The notes below the pieces were generated by a model. That model saw only the letters and a program-made list of their open reading frames with translations. It was not told the DNA's origin and did no database searches. DNA of 64,000 nt, from assembly GCA_951406725.2 (NCBI GenBank), contig OX597827.1, positions 78,368,001 through 78,432,000 on the forward strand, written 5' to 3'. Position numbers and translations under genes: made by a program. The DNA comes from Octopus vulgaris (Eukaryota). The first letter of the stretch is position 1, and each line of letters starts with the position of its first letter. This document shows positions 11,552-24,985 of this stretch, one piece after another.

Positions 11552-12452
11552 GGCGAAGTTTCGCATGTCGTAGCGCAGATTTCCGTCAATTTCCGTAAAA
11601 AACTTTTATTTTTTTACATAAGTAATGAGAGCGAAAGAGACTAAGAGGAAGCGATTTTATGACGAGAAGGTTTCACTTTGAAATCGGCCTGTGTGTGTTT
11701 GATGGGGTGTGGGAGACAGACAGTATGTTGTGTAAGTGAAGTGCTTCTGTTAGTGTGTGCGAAGAGACAGAGAGAGTAATGTGTGAAAGAGAGAGATAAC
11801 TGATTTTTTACTCGGTGTATGTGTATATGTATGTATGCATGTATGTGTATATGTATGTATGCATGTATCTATGTATGTGTGTGTGTGTAAGTATGTGTGT
11901 GTGTATGTATGGCCGATTCATCGTAATTTTTTACTCGGTGTATGTGTATATGTATGTCTGCATGTATGTGTGTGTGTGTATGTATCTATGTATGTGTGTA
12001 TGTGTATGTATGTATGTGTGTATGTATGTATGGTCGATTCAGTGTAATTTTTTACTCGATGTATGTGTATATGTATGTCTGCATGTATGTGTGTGTGTGT
12101 ATGTATCTATGTGTGTGTGTGTGTGTGTGTAAGTATGTGTGTGTGTATGTATGTATGTATGTGTGTGTGTATGTATCTATGTATGTGTGTGTGTGTATGT
12201 ATGTATGTACTCGGTGTATGTGTATATGTATGTCTGTCTCTTCGCACACACTAACAGAAGCACTTCACTTACACAACATACTGTCTGTCTCCCACACCCC
12301 ATCAAACACACACAGGCCGACTTCAAAGTGAAACCTTCTCGTCGTAAAATCGCTTCCTCTTAGTCTCTTTCGCTCTCATTACTTATGTAAAAAAATAAAA
12401 GTTTTTTACGGAAATCGACGGAAATCTGTGCTACTACAACCGAAACTATGCC
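11552..12452. mobile_element. Non-autonomous DNA transposon with about 220-bp TIRs and an 8-bp TSD (Merlin- or foldback-like)
   Basis: 11552-11771 is a near-perfect reverse complement of 12233-12452. Termini are GGC...GCC. Exact TSD GATTTATT at 11544-11551 and 12453-12460. Confidence 0.85.
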
Positions 12453-12771
12453 GATTTATTTTGACATGCATCTTGTATGTATTAATAGCCTTCTGTAAGT
12501 TTAGCCACCAAGGCCAAGGCCATGCTAGAGCAACGTCGCTATGTAAGCAATATAGGTATTCATGTGTGTATGTATGCATTTGTGTATGTGTCTGTATATA
12601 TATGTGTGTGTGTATATATATATGTATACATATATACACACACACACACACATATATATATATAAACTGTATTTGTCTGTCAATATGTACCGGTATGTAT
12701 GTATGCATGTATGTATGTATGTATGTATGTATGTATGTATGTATGTATGTATGTATGTGTGTGTGTGTGTA

Positions 12772-12802
<31 letters not shown>

Positions 12803-12956
12803 GTGTGTGTATGTATGTATGTATGTTTGTTTGTATGTGTGAATGTTCTGGTTATACCACTCGAATTTCTCACTAGAGAAGAAGCCGGTTTCTTTACCCA
12901 GGTTCATTAGAATATAGAAGCTAACTAGATAACTATACATGTGTATTGTCTTCTAT

Positions 12957-13064
12957 AAGGTAAAGAATACGTACACCCGGTGGTTAGGGTTAGGGTTTAG
13001 GGTTAGTTTTAGGGTTAGGGTTTTTGTTACGCCGAAAACCGGTGGTGTAAGTATTCTTTACCTT
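12957..13064 (+). mobile_element. MITE with internal TTAGGG repeats
   Basis: TIRs AAGGTAAAGAATAC / GTATTCTTTACCTT around GGTTAGGGTTAGGGTTTAGGG...TTAGGGTTAGGG. Confidence 0.7.
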
Positions 13065-13084
13065 CGCCCTATGTGTGCATTGTG

Positions 13085-13176
13085 GAGGTAAAGAATACGC
13101 GCACCACCTGTTTTCGGCGTAACCCTAACCCTAACACCTAAACCCCTAAACACTGGGTGTGCGTATTCTCTACCTT
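13085..13176 (-). mobile_element. Second TTAGGG-containing MITE, opposite orientation
   Basis: Same TIR, with internal TAACCCTAACCCTAA. A third partial copy lies at 14698-14751. Confidence 0.7.
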
Positions 13177-14247
13177 CGTCGATAAATGCTAACCAATCTA
13201 TTCTCGTTCGCAACCGATGGCTGCTTTTAATCGTTTAATATTTGTTGCAGACGTGGCTGTGTTTACAAACATCATTTGTCAACTCGTTATTTCTTAATAT
13301 CCATTTCTTTATTACCCACAAGGGGCTAAACATAGAAGGGACAAACAAGGACAGACATAGGTATTAAGTCGATTACATCGACTCCAGTGCATAACTGGTA
13401 CTTAATTTATCGACCCCGAAAGGATGAAAGGCAAAGTCAACCTCGGCGGAATTTGAACTCTTTGTTTTAAAAAACAGTTTGTCGACATATTAAGTTAGAA
13501 TTGCTGAGAATAAGACATTTCTGCTCTTCTTCGTTTCCGAGGCCCCATGAAAGCGGAAAATACTTGCTTTGTCAAAAGTAGGTGGTTTTGGGGTGAAAAA
13601 GTGAAAGTGTTTTCCTGTAAAATGAAACAATTGAACAAAGGTACAATAACGGAGAGCAGAAAGTGTTGCCTGGATACCATGAAACCATCCTGGATTATTA
13701 GTGACGCTGGATCAATCAAATATCTTAATCAATGTGAACAAAAGCGTAATTATTAAGTATATTGAATGATAACAGAACAAAAAAAAACGATTGACAACAG
13801 CTACAGGAGACATTTCCCCGCAAAATTATGGCTTTTTCATACCATTTTATTTGTCCTGGTTGTGTTGAATACATAAAACTAATTAGAAATCTGCTGAAAC
13901 TCGACCCAGACTAAAACGTTAGATCTATACTTGTAATTACTCGGTTGTTTGAATATGTAACTGCTTCGTTGCTCATCTTGGTAAGCCGTGCTTCCCAAAA
14001 CTAGACAAGACACACTGTTATAATTGTAAAAACATACAAAACCTGCACGAAGTTTTGCATGGAATAAATACATACACACACCTGTAGATATGTAAACATA
14101 CAAAAGAAAATACACGGAGCCTGATATGCAAGGACATCCATAGCTGCACACATACATACGTGTGCGCATACATACATAGGTACATGCATGCATGCACATA
14201 AATACAGTTTTGGTAAAGCAAACAGGAAAATAGAACTCAAAACATGA

Positions 14248-14306
<59 letters not shown>

Positions 14307-14469
14307 ATTGATAAAACGGTAAGATAACAAAAGAAATCTTCAAAGAGACCTCAATATTATGTAAATAGAGGAAATTTATCTATACAATATGTTACATTAC
14401 TCAGTGGTAGTGAAAGAATAGATAAATAAAACTAAAAATGAGTTTCAGATGCCTAGTGAAAGTCCCAAC

Positions 14470-14561
14470 ACCATCTCTTCGGTTATCTGGCTATTTGAAA
14501 ACGTTATGAAAAAATCTTTTTTCATAACGTTTTCAAATAGCCAGATAACCGAAGAGATGGT
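14470..14561. repeat. Perfect inverted repeat, 45-bp arms, 2-nt spacer
   Basis: ACCATCTCTTCGGTTATCTGGCTATTTGAAAACGTTATGAAAAAA, then TC, then its exact reverse complement. Confidence 0.95.
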
Positions 14562-14635
14562 ATAATAAATTAATTTCACTCTGCTATGCATCTGAAACTC
14601 AGAGTTTTATCTTGACTAACCCCGATAATGACCTA

Positions 14636-14679
<44 letters not shown>

Positions 14680-15744
14680 TACACGCGCTTTTTGGCAGAG
14701 GTAAAGAATATGCACACTAGTTTTCAGTGTAACAAAAACCCTAACCGTAACGTGAGTAGATACAGAGATCCCTTTGATATTCTAACCCTTTCAGCCAGGA
14801 TGTAACATTGAAATAGAGAAAGTTGTACCAGCGGGCATTCATGTTCAGCTGAGTAGACTGAAAATGAAGTGCTTTGTTTAAAAGCAAAACAAGCTGTTCA
14901 GAACCTAGGAATTATGATCGTAAACCTTTAACTACCAAGGCTGCTATAAATTCTCCAGATCTGACCAAAGCCGTTATCTTCAAGAGAGACAGACAGACAG
15001 AGATAGAAAGAGAGAGATAAGAGAAAAGAAGGATCAAAGAGACAATGGCATGGAGTTATTTCCTTTTACAATGAGAAATAAAAGAAGTAAAAACGAAAGG
15101 TGTTTATCTGAACAAACAAACATTGCATTTGAAATAATAAATTTATACAGAATAACGCTGATTCTTTTACATCAAATTGGTTACAAACCGGCTTCTTTAT
15201 ATTCCGGGCAATGCTGTATAGACTTTTAGAAATAAAACAAAATAATTCAGTTTCCAGGCCAAATATCACAGGCACATTACATGTAACCTGTATTTTTAAG
15301 TGTATTTATTTAGCAGTAAATAGCGGTGAACAATAAATATTCATAAGTGGGTCAATGGAAAAAAAAAACAGAGATAAAAAAACTTACTGCACTTTTATTC
15401 ATCATCATTCTCATCATAATTGTTTTGCCGTCCACTTTTCCACACTTTCATAGATTGGATATAGTTTATTGAGATAAGTTTCTTATGTCTGGATGCTCTT
15501 TCTGTCACCAACCCTTACCTGTTTCTAAGTAAGGTAATATTTTCTTATGGACAGACATATTTTGGCAGAAAATTGGGAATGAACGACATTCATTAACAAC
15601 AAACAATGTCAAGACAAGGTCACACACACACACACACACCCACAACCACGCACACACACACGTACGTACACCTATACACACATGCATATATAAACCTGTT
15701 GCATGCAGTCACTTCACCTCTCCCAGGCAGATGTGCAGTATTAC

Positions 15745-15980
15745 AAGGCGGCGAGCTGGCAGAACCGTTAACACGCCGGGTGAAGTGCTTAGCGGTATTT
15801 CGTCTGCCGTTACGTTCTGAGTTCAAATTCCGCCGAGGTCGACTTTGCCTTTCATCCTTTCGGGGTCGATAAATTAAGTACCAGTTACGCACTAAGGTCG
15901 ATATAATCGACTTAATCCGTTTGTCTGTCCTTGTTTGTCCTCTCTGTGTTTAGCCCCTTGTGGGTAGTAAACAAATAGGT
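15745..15980 (+). mobile_element. SINE family B, full length
   Basis: AAGGCGGCGAGCTGGCAGAA (A-box-like) ... GAGTTCAAATTCC (B-box) ... central domain ... GTGGGTAGTAAACAAATAGG tail. Confidence 0.85.
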
Positions 15981-16010
15981 GTGCAGTATTACTAAGAACT
16001 TCATATAAAC

Positions 16011-16868
<858 letters not shown>

Positions 16869-17906
16869 TCATCAACAGATATTTTAACCAAACTATTTAC
16901 ACCCATAACTGATATGACCAACAGCCTTGCTGCTGTCAGGTTGGCAACAGGACAAGCAAAAGTCAGAAGGTGCTTCAACTACTAACAGTTATTGATACTC
17001 TATAAAGTTTACATTGAGACCTACAATAGAGTTTTGTCCTCTCTCTCACATCTGGGATGGTATTGTTGTTGTTGTTGCACACACACACGGACATCCTAGA
17101 TGCGAGAAAGGCAGGGCAACTGACTAGTTATTGCAAAAACACTTATTCAGCATACTCCAGCCTCTGACACACAGACACTCAGTCCCCTTCTCTCTACCTT
17201 CTCTGCTCTGCTCCTCAGGGCTGGCTGGACTCATGTCACTGCCACTCTGCGAGGTCGACTTTGCCTTTCATCCTTTCGGGATCGATAAATTAAGTACCAG
17301 TTACGCACTGGAGTCGATGTCACCGACTTAAGCCCTTTGTCTGTCCTGGTTTGTCCCCTCTATGTTTAGCCCCCTGTGGGCAATAAAGAAATTAAAAAAA
17401 TATTCCTGACCCACTTATCTCTCCTCTTTCTATCACCCTTGTTTTCCCACCCTCCACCACTTACCAGACTCTCACACTAACCAATACAACCAATCCTTCT
17501 TTCCTCCCGGAACATCTTCCCACTGGAATTTCCTCCTTGTACATATCTTTCATGGCTGGTTTTGATTTACAAAGGTTCAAGAGAAACAATAATGACATCA
17601 ATATCACCAGTCTAAAGGAGCCTGTATTGGCTACAAGTACTGTCTTCCTCCAGAACATGCAAATAATATATATATGTAGATATATGAAACACACACACAC
17701 ACACATTTACATACACACACTAGCTGAGTACCCTGTTGTTGCTGAGTAATTTTCACAATAGAATGCCTTGCTGGACTTTCAGAATAACACATCCATGTAA
17801 TATGGATTTTCTTTGTTTTGATGGGGACTTTTCAAATTTTTTTTTCTCGATGTATCACTGCAAATGACGAGGGGAAGCCTTTCACGGAAAAAAACAACAA
17901 AAAAAT

Positions 17907-18069
17907 GGAGTGGCTGTGTGGTAAGAAGCTTGCTTACCAACCTCATGGTTCTGGGTTCGGTCCCACTGTGTGACACTTTGGGCAAGTGTCTTCTACTATA
18001 GCCTTAGGCTGACCAAAGTCTTGTGAGTGGATTTGGTAGGCGGAAACTGAAGGAAGCCTGTCATGTATG

Positions 18070-18138
<69 letters not shown>

Positions 18139-18756
18139 ATATGCTTTTCTACACGAGGCACAAGACCTGAAATTTTGGGGGAGGGGGTAGTCGATTAGAT
18201 GACTACAGTACGCAACTGGTACTTAATTTATCGATCCCGAAAGGATGAAAGGCAAAGTCGACCTCAGCGGAATTTGAACTCAGAACGTAGCGGCGGACGA
18301 AATACCTATTTCTTTACTACCCACAAGGGGCTAAACACAGAGGGGACAAACAAGGACAGACAAACGGATTAAGTCAATTATATCGACCCCAGTGCGTAAC
18401 TGGTACTTATTTAATCGACCCCGAAAGGATGAAAGGCAAAGTCGACCTCGGCGGAATTTGAACTCAGAACGTAGCGGCAGACGAAATACCGCTAAGCATT
18501 TCGCCCGACGTGCTAACGTGTTAGCCAGCTCGTCAACTTAATATATATGTATATGTTTGTGTGTTTGCGTTTGTCCCCCCAACATTGCTTGGCAACCGAT
18601 GCTGGTGTGTTTACGTCCCTGTAACTTATCGGTTTGGCAAAAAGAGACTGATAGAATAAGTACTAGGCTTTCAAAGAATAGGTCCTGGGATTGATTTGCT
18701 CGACTAAAGGCGGTGCTCCAGCATGGCCTCTATCAAATGACGGAAACAAGTAAAGG
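17907..18756 (+). mobile_element. SINE family A with nested family B copies (18147-18537) in its (TA)n tract
   Basis: The family A head and tail are separated by inverted family B sequence. Confidence 0.8.
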
Positions 18757-19010
18757 AATCCTCTCCCCACCTCCTTCTACACTAATTTTGTCCAATTTTT
18801 TTTAGCACTATGCAATTAAAAAGAAAATATTGAAAATTTATGAATTCTTTTCAAACCGCCCTCCCCCCCTACACACACACCCAGTAGCGCTTTTTCTAAT
18901 TTTGTTTTGCATTTTACACTCAAAATGAGAAGCTTTGAAGGTTTTTAAAAAATATTTTGGAAATCAGCGATCACCATTATAAATATTTATAAATAATACA
19001 GTTCTATATT

Positions 19011-19427
19011 TCAGAGATGAGGAATTGTGTACGTTATTTACATGGACATATGGTGTAGTGGTTAAGAGCGTGGGCTACTAACCCCAGATTCCGAGTTCGA
19101 TTTCAGGCAATGACCTCAATAATAATAATTTTTTTGTTTTTTCTTTCGAAAATCTTGTAAATAATTGCTTTCTTGTTGGTTTCGTTTATTAGTGATTGTG
19201 GAGTATTGAGGAAAACACCATTTCCTTCTTTCCTCAATAACTCTTTTGCACTTTTGATGTCTTCCATATAATAATAATAATAACATCGAAAAATACCTTA
19301 GGCATGAGAACCCAAGTTCAAAATATCCCCCGAGACACCTGATGAAGGCTGGAGGGTATATCAGCCGAAACGTTGTGTTAACAACAAACAAAATGAGGAC
19401 AAATATCTGTCAAATGTAAATAATGTA
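19011..19427 (+). mobile_element. tRNA-headed short retroelement carrying a hammerhead motif
   Basis: A-box TGGTGTAGTGG at 19051-19061, B-box GAGTTCGATT at 19093-19102, hammerhead at 19334-19379, inverted end match 19030-19043 / 19414-19427. Confidence 0.6.
19334..19379 (+). ncRNA. Minimal type I hammerhead ribozyme motif
   Basis: Stem I GACAC/GUGUU; core CUGAUGA at 19339-19345 plus an extra A; stem II GGCUG/CAGCC; GAAA at 19367-19370; palindromic ACGU stem III; GUU triplet. Confidence 0.7.
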
Positions 19428-19770
19428 TTTATAAATATTATAAATATTTATTTTAAGTATTATAAATACCCTTTTCCGTTATTTTCAAACAGAAAATAAA
19501 ACGTATTTTAAAAACAATAGTGAAATCTTAAAAAAACCTTTTCATTAACCCAGTGCATCCCAAATAAATCCGAAAATTCAGGCTTTTAAAAAACAAATTT
19601 TTTTAAATCATAGTTTTCAGATACAGACTGTTTGAATCTATAATTTGTTTCTGTTTATAATTTCAAAATAATATTCAGATGAAAATGTGATTTAAGAGAA
19701 ATTTAGCTGGTTTTTTTCCGTTTATAATTTAAGAGAAATTTAGCTGGTTTTTCAAGAATATATCCCACGA

Positions 19771-19830
19771 CCTTCCCCATTTCTTTGTCACCTTCCCCAT
19801 TTCTTTGTCACCTTCCCCATTTCTTTGTCA
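19771..19830. repeat. 20-bp tandem repeat, 3 copies (CCTTCCCCATTTCTTTGTCA)
   Basis: Three identical units are directly visible. Confidence 0.9.
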
Positions 19831-20134
19831 CTCTGACATCTACTCTTTTACTTGTTTCAGTCATTTGACTGCGGGCATGCTGGAGCACCGCCTTTAATCG
19901 AGCAAATCGACCCCGGGACTTATTCTTAATCGAACCCGGAACCATGTGGTTGGTAAACAAGCTACTTACCACACAGCCACTCCTGCGCCTTATTGATGGT
20001 TTTCAATATTTTTCGCTTCATAAAAGTATATTTTATGGAATGATGATGTGTTGCTCCATTGCTAGGATGTAAGCAACAACACCAAAAAGTTTGTTACTTA
20101 AATCTTTAATCCCCACCCCGAATCAAGTGAGTCC

Positions 20135-20186
<52 letters not shown>

Positions 20187-20314
20187 AAGGAAAAACATTC
20201 AAAAGGAAAAGATCCAACATATTTACTAACAAAAGTACGCTATTAAAATAAATTATCATTTACATACCCTGTTGCACTAATGAAATGTTATACATATGCA
20301 TACACACATACTGA

Positions 20315-20414
<100 letters not shown>

Positions 20415-20990
20415 GAGTGATACACTTTTATAGAGAAGGAAAAAGTTTACTATGAGATAACGAGACAAACAAATAAAGAGATCTTTTCTGCTGCAGTCAC
20501 AGATTTTGAAATTTTAAAATTAAGCGAAAATCATCGAATTTAGTATATTGGTATACTTTTTCACGATGGATCCGAGTTTGTGACTTATTTATTGAAGAAA
20601 ACCTTTAGAAAAATGTTACGAACGTTTAAAGTTTGATCATTTTTACCAGAAAAATAGGTTTTGGAAGCTAAGCATTTTGTGCATGATAAGGTGTGTATCA
20701 TAAAATGACCATTAGGGGCCAGGAAACGAAGTTTTAAACAAAACGAAAGTAATGTGTGAGAGTTAATACATATACAAAGAGGGTGAGTGTCAAAGCGTAT
20801 GATAAATATTAGAGAGGGAGAGAGAGAGAGATTGATGGTGGTAGAGAGAGAGATGGAGAGTTGTCGATCTAAAAGTTATTTCTCGTTCCAAATTATTTTC
20901 TGGACCCTATTTTCTTCATTATTATTGGTACTTATGTGGACGACATTATCTGTGGGATGCAGATTTCGAAAATCAAATTCGTTTTTCTCT

Positions 20991-21428
20991 ATAGGCGTAG
21001 GAGTGGCTGTGCGGTAAGTAGGTTGCTTACCAACCACATGGTTCCGGGTTCAGTCCCTCTGCGTGGCACCTTGGGCAAGTGTCTTCTACTATAGCCTCGG
21101 ACCAACCAAATCTTTGCGGGTGGATTTGGTAGATGGAAACTGAAAGAAGCCCGTTGTATATATGTATATGCGTGTATATATATGTATGTATGTATGCATA
21201 TATGTGTGAGTATATGTTTGTGTGTCTGTGTTTGCCCCCCCCCCCCCAACATCGCTTGACAACCGATGCGGGTGTGTTTACGTCCCTGTAACTTAGCGGT
21301 TCGGTAAAAGAGACCGATAGAATAAGGACTAGGCTTACAAAGAATAAGTCCTGGGGTCAATTTGCTCGACTAAATGGCGGTACTCCAGCATGGCCACAGT
21401 CAAATGACTGAAACAAGAGAGTAAAGAG
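20991..21428 (+). mobile_element. SINE family A, full length
   Basis: Complete head-to-tail copy. A diverged copy follows at 21604-21970. Confidence 0.85.
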
Positions 21429-21462
21429 TCAGAGATGCACCATTTCAGAGTGTTTTGGGGCT

Positions 21463-21508
<46 letters not shown>

Positions 21509-22029
21509 GCACGAACGCACGAACGCACGCACACACACACACACGAACGCACGCGCACACACACACGCGCACGCACACACGCGCACACACACGCATACAA
21601 ATGCGCAGGCGCGTAACCATATGGTTCCGAATTCAGTCCCACTGCGTGGCACCTTTGGCTTGCATCTTCTACTACAGCCTCGGACCGACCAAATAATCCT
21701 TGTGAAGGGATTTGGGTAGACGGAAACTGAAAGAAGCCCGTCGTATATATAAATATGTATATATTTATGTGCACGTGTCTTTGTGTCTGTGTTTGTCCGC
21801 CCCGCCACCGTCGCTTGACAACCGATGTTGGTATGTTCGCATTCCCGTAACAAAAGTGACCGATGGAATAAGTACTAGGCATACAAAGAATAAGCCCCGG
21901 GGTCGATTTCTACGACTAAAAAAAACCCTTTAAGGCGATGCTCATGGCCGTAGCCAAATGAGTGAAACGAACACACGAATACATGATTACAAACTCGCAT
22001 TCACACACACACACACACACACACAGATG

Positions 22030-22115
<86 letters not shown>

Positions 22116-22165
22116 CTGTGCTTCTTTTTCGGATTTATGCGTTATTGACGATATATATGTATGAG

Positions 22166-22224
<59 letters not shown>

Positions 22225-22488
22225 GTGTGTATGTATGTGCAAGAACCGGAGGCATGTAAAAAGCACCTGTGCCAAAGTCACATAGAAAGCACCTGTGCTG
22301 GCGGCACGTAAAATGTACCCATGATGGCACCACGTAAAATAGCATCCGTGCCGGCACCAAACCATCCGACGATGTCTGCAAAGGAAACGGACATTAAATG
22401 GGGATGATGAAGATGTATGCATGCATGTATGTACGTACGTACGTACGTACGTACGTATGTATGTATGTATGGATGGATGTGTAGGTGT

Positions 22489-22533
<45 letters not shown>

Positions 22534-22811
22534 ACAGTGTCACTCAAGCTATATGCAAGAAATAATTAGCAAATACATCCTACACACAAAACTGTAGGCA
22601 CCCGAGTGACTCCGGCATTTGTTTCAGATTGAAAAATAAAACTGTACATGTGTATGTGTGAATGTGAATGTGTGTGTATGTAGGTTAGTGTACGTACATG
22701 AGCGTGTGTGTATGTATATGTGTATGTGTGCGAGTGTGTGTGTGTACGTACGCAGCGAAAACGTAACGAGACAATCAATGTGAATGTGAGCGAGTACAGG
22801 TTGGGTGTAAG

Positions 22812-22850
22812 CCAATATAAAAGAGTGAAGTGTAGATCGGCGTTAGTTGA
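22812..22850 (+). promoter_or_regulatory. Candidate Pol II core promoter (TATA + Inr) of OAT
   Basis: TATAAAAG at 22816-22823, overlapped by CCAAT. Inr-like TTAGTT has its A at 22845, 29 nt after the first T of TATA. The surrounding sequence is unique. Confidence 0.55.
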
Positions 22851-22909
22851 AGTCCTGCAGCCCACTTGTCAACACGTCTCTTTCATTTCTACCACGAAAA
22901 AGAAACCAG
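22845..22909 (+). other. OAT: Candidate non-coding first exon (5' UTR) of OAT
   Basis: ATG-free 65 nt ending in CAG|GTAAAT. The ATG-bearing exon has an acceptor (TTTCCTTTCACAG|) only 4 nt before ATG, which implies an upstream exon. Confidence 0.5.
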
Positions 22910-24939
22910 GTAAATCCGTTTATGTTTGACACCCGATACACTCTCCCAGTGACATGTAGCATTCGTATAGCATGTATATGCATATAGATGTAATTTATAA
23001 ATAACATGTTTATATATATATGTATGTATGTATTCATTCATTTATCGAAACTCACTTTTCCCTCCTTTTCTGCTCCAAGTTTCCCGGTGACCCTTTTCGC
23101 ACCAACTTTCTCCCCCCTTCTCTCTCTCTTTTCTTTCTGTCTACCTATCTGTCTCTCTTTCTACACACATACACACACACACGTGTGTGTGTCTGCATTT
23201 ATGTTCGGGGTGGGTGAGTAGTGGAAATGCGAAATAAGTAAGGTTTAATGTCCACACGAAGCAATAAACACAGACTGACGCTCATAATAATCCCCAACAT
23301 TATGGGTGCGCACTGCGTCTGGGCTTACATGTTTGTGTCTCTGTCTAGATGTGTGTTCGTCTGTTGCATTTACTATATATGTCTACATGTCTGCTTCTGA
23401 ACAAGCGCTTATTGTACTGTTTACATGTGTGTGTGTGTGTTGTGTTTGTATATATATATATATACAATGTACGTGTGTGTATGAATACATATATGTATAC
23501 ATAAATATATGTATGTATGTATACATGTTTTTATGTATGTATACATATGTTTTTATGTATGTATACATATGTTTTTATGTATGTATACATATATGTATTT
23601 ATGTATGTATACATGTATTGTGTATATATATGTTTGTGTGTATATATGTGTATGTATATGTATGAGTGTATATATATATATGTTTGAGTATATGTGTGTA
23701 TATGTATGTGTGTATATGTGTGTGTATATATATACACATATATGAGAGAGACATACATAGACACATACATATGTATAAACACCCACCCACACACACTCAT
23801 ACATATATATATTATGCGTATAATAGAAACACCGGTGGATTTCGTCATAAAATTCCGACCAGGACAACGACTTTGATCGTTGCATTCTGAACAAAAGCGG
23901 GAGTGCCTGTGCCCCTTCCCCATCACACACACACATTCACATAAAAGTGCAGTAATGTTCCTAATGAAACTGTATTTTATGTTCAATATAATCCGAATGA
24001 AGTGTTGCCATGGCCTGTTAAGCAACGATGTATATATATACAGGGACACACACTCACACCGCAAATGTATATACTACACACCCCTCTTTGTATCTATACC
24101 CACACACCCTCAAATATAATTACACTTTATACATGCATACACATATGTCCAAACGTAAACCAGTGTGCCCTTCACTTGTAAAGACGGCAGACTATTAAGG
24201 AGGGACATTTGACTGTTATTTCTAACAGTTCACCCACCAATCCCATTAGCCGTTTCCCCTCACTGCCTCGTCATTATCTTTTATTTCGTTAATAATCCTA
24301 GAAGCCCTGCATTCACTCCAAGTACTTGTTGGTCGGGTCAGCCTCTGCTCGGTCGGTCATTCATCCTGTGACCCCACCCTATCGCACTTTTCTGCTGCTG
24401 CTGCACCAAGGAGTTCAAAAGTACAGAATTTAATTAGGCCCTAAAAAGAAATCCATACTAATTACTTTAAGCTTCTTTTAAGTTGTTTTAATTATGTTTA
24501 ATTAAACGAGGTAAACTACATATTTTTCATAAATATTTGATAATGTCCATACGAAGCACCGAGCAATTTTTTAATTTGGATATGAAGTGCCACTCCCCAC
24601 CCCCGCCCCAAATGATTAGGGATCACAACCTCATAAGGAAGGGCACCGTGGATAATGGTGCCCTTTATAGGCTGCTGAATGAATAAAGGGTATGGTGGCC
24701 ACAAGCTTTTGATCGTTGCTCTCCTGCATTATGTCTGAACCTGGGGCTAAACAACAAATAACCTTTAGCTAATAAACATTCTCATACCTTTGTCGGATGC
24801 AATAACACGTGCATCAGTGTACATAGACATAGATGGGGTGGGTATGTGTGTGTGTGTGCGTGTGTGTACACCCGCGCGCGCGCACACACACACACACACA
24901 CACAGAAAGCTGTGTAGATACCTATACAGACGCGCGTGC

Positions 24940-24985
<46 letters not shown>

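Noticed and set aside
12985-13150. Chromosome end or telomere fusion site
   Set aside because: Only a few TTAGGG units, each set enclosed by TIRs; better explained as MITEs.
13495-13615. Minus-strand exon after a strong acceptor (TTTCATTTTACAG|); similar acceptor near 15288
   Set aside because: No recognisable protein, convincing donor or partner exons; isolated splice-like motifs are common in AT-rich DNA.
20989-21360. Recurrent ORF ...[31 protein letters not shown] (also at 32970, 36085, 46020, 53119)
   Set aside because: It is the antisense translation of SINE family A, not a gene family.
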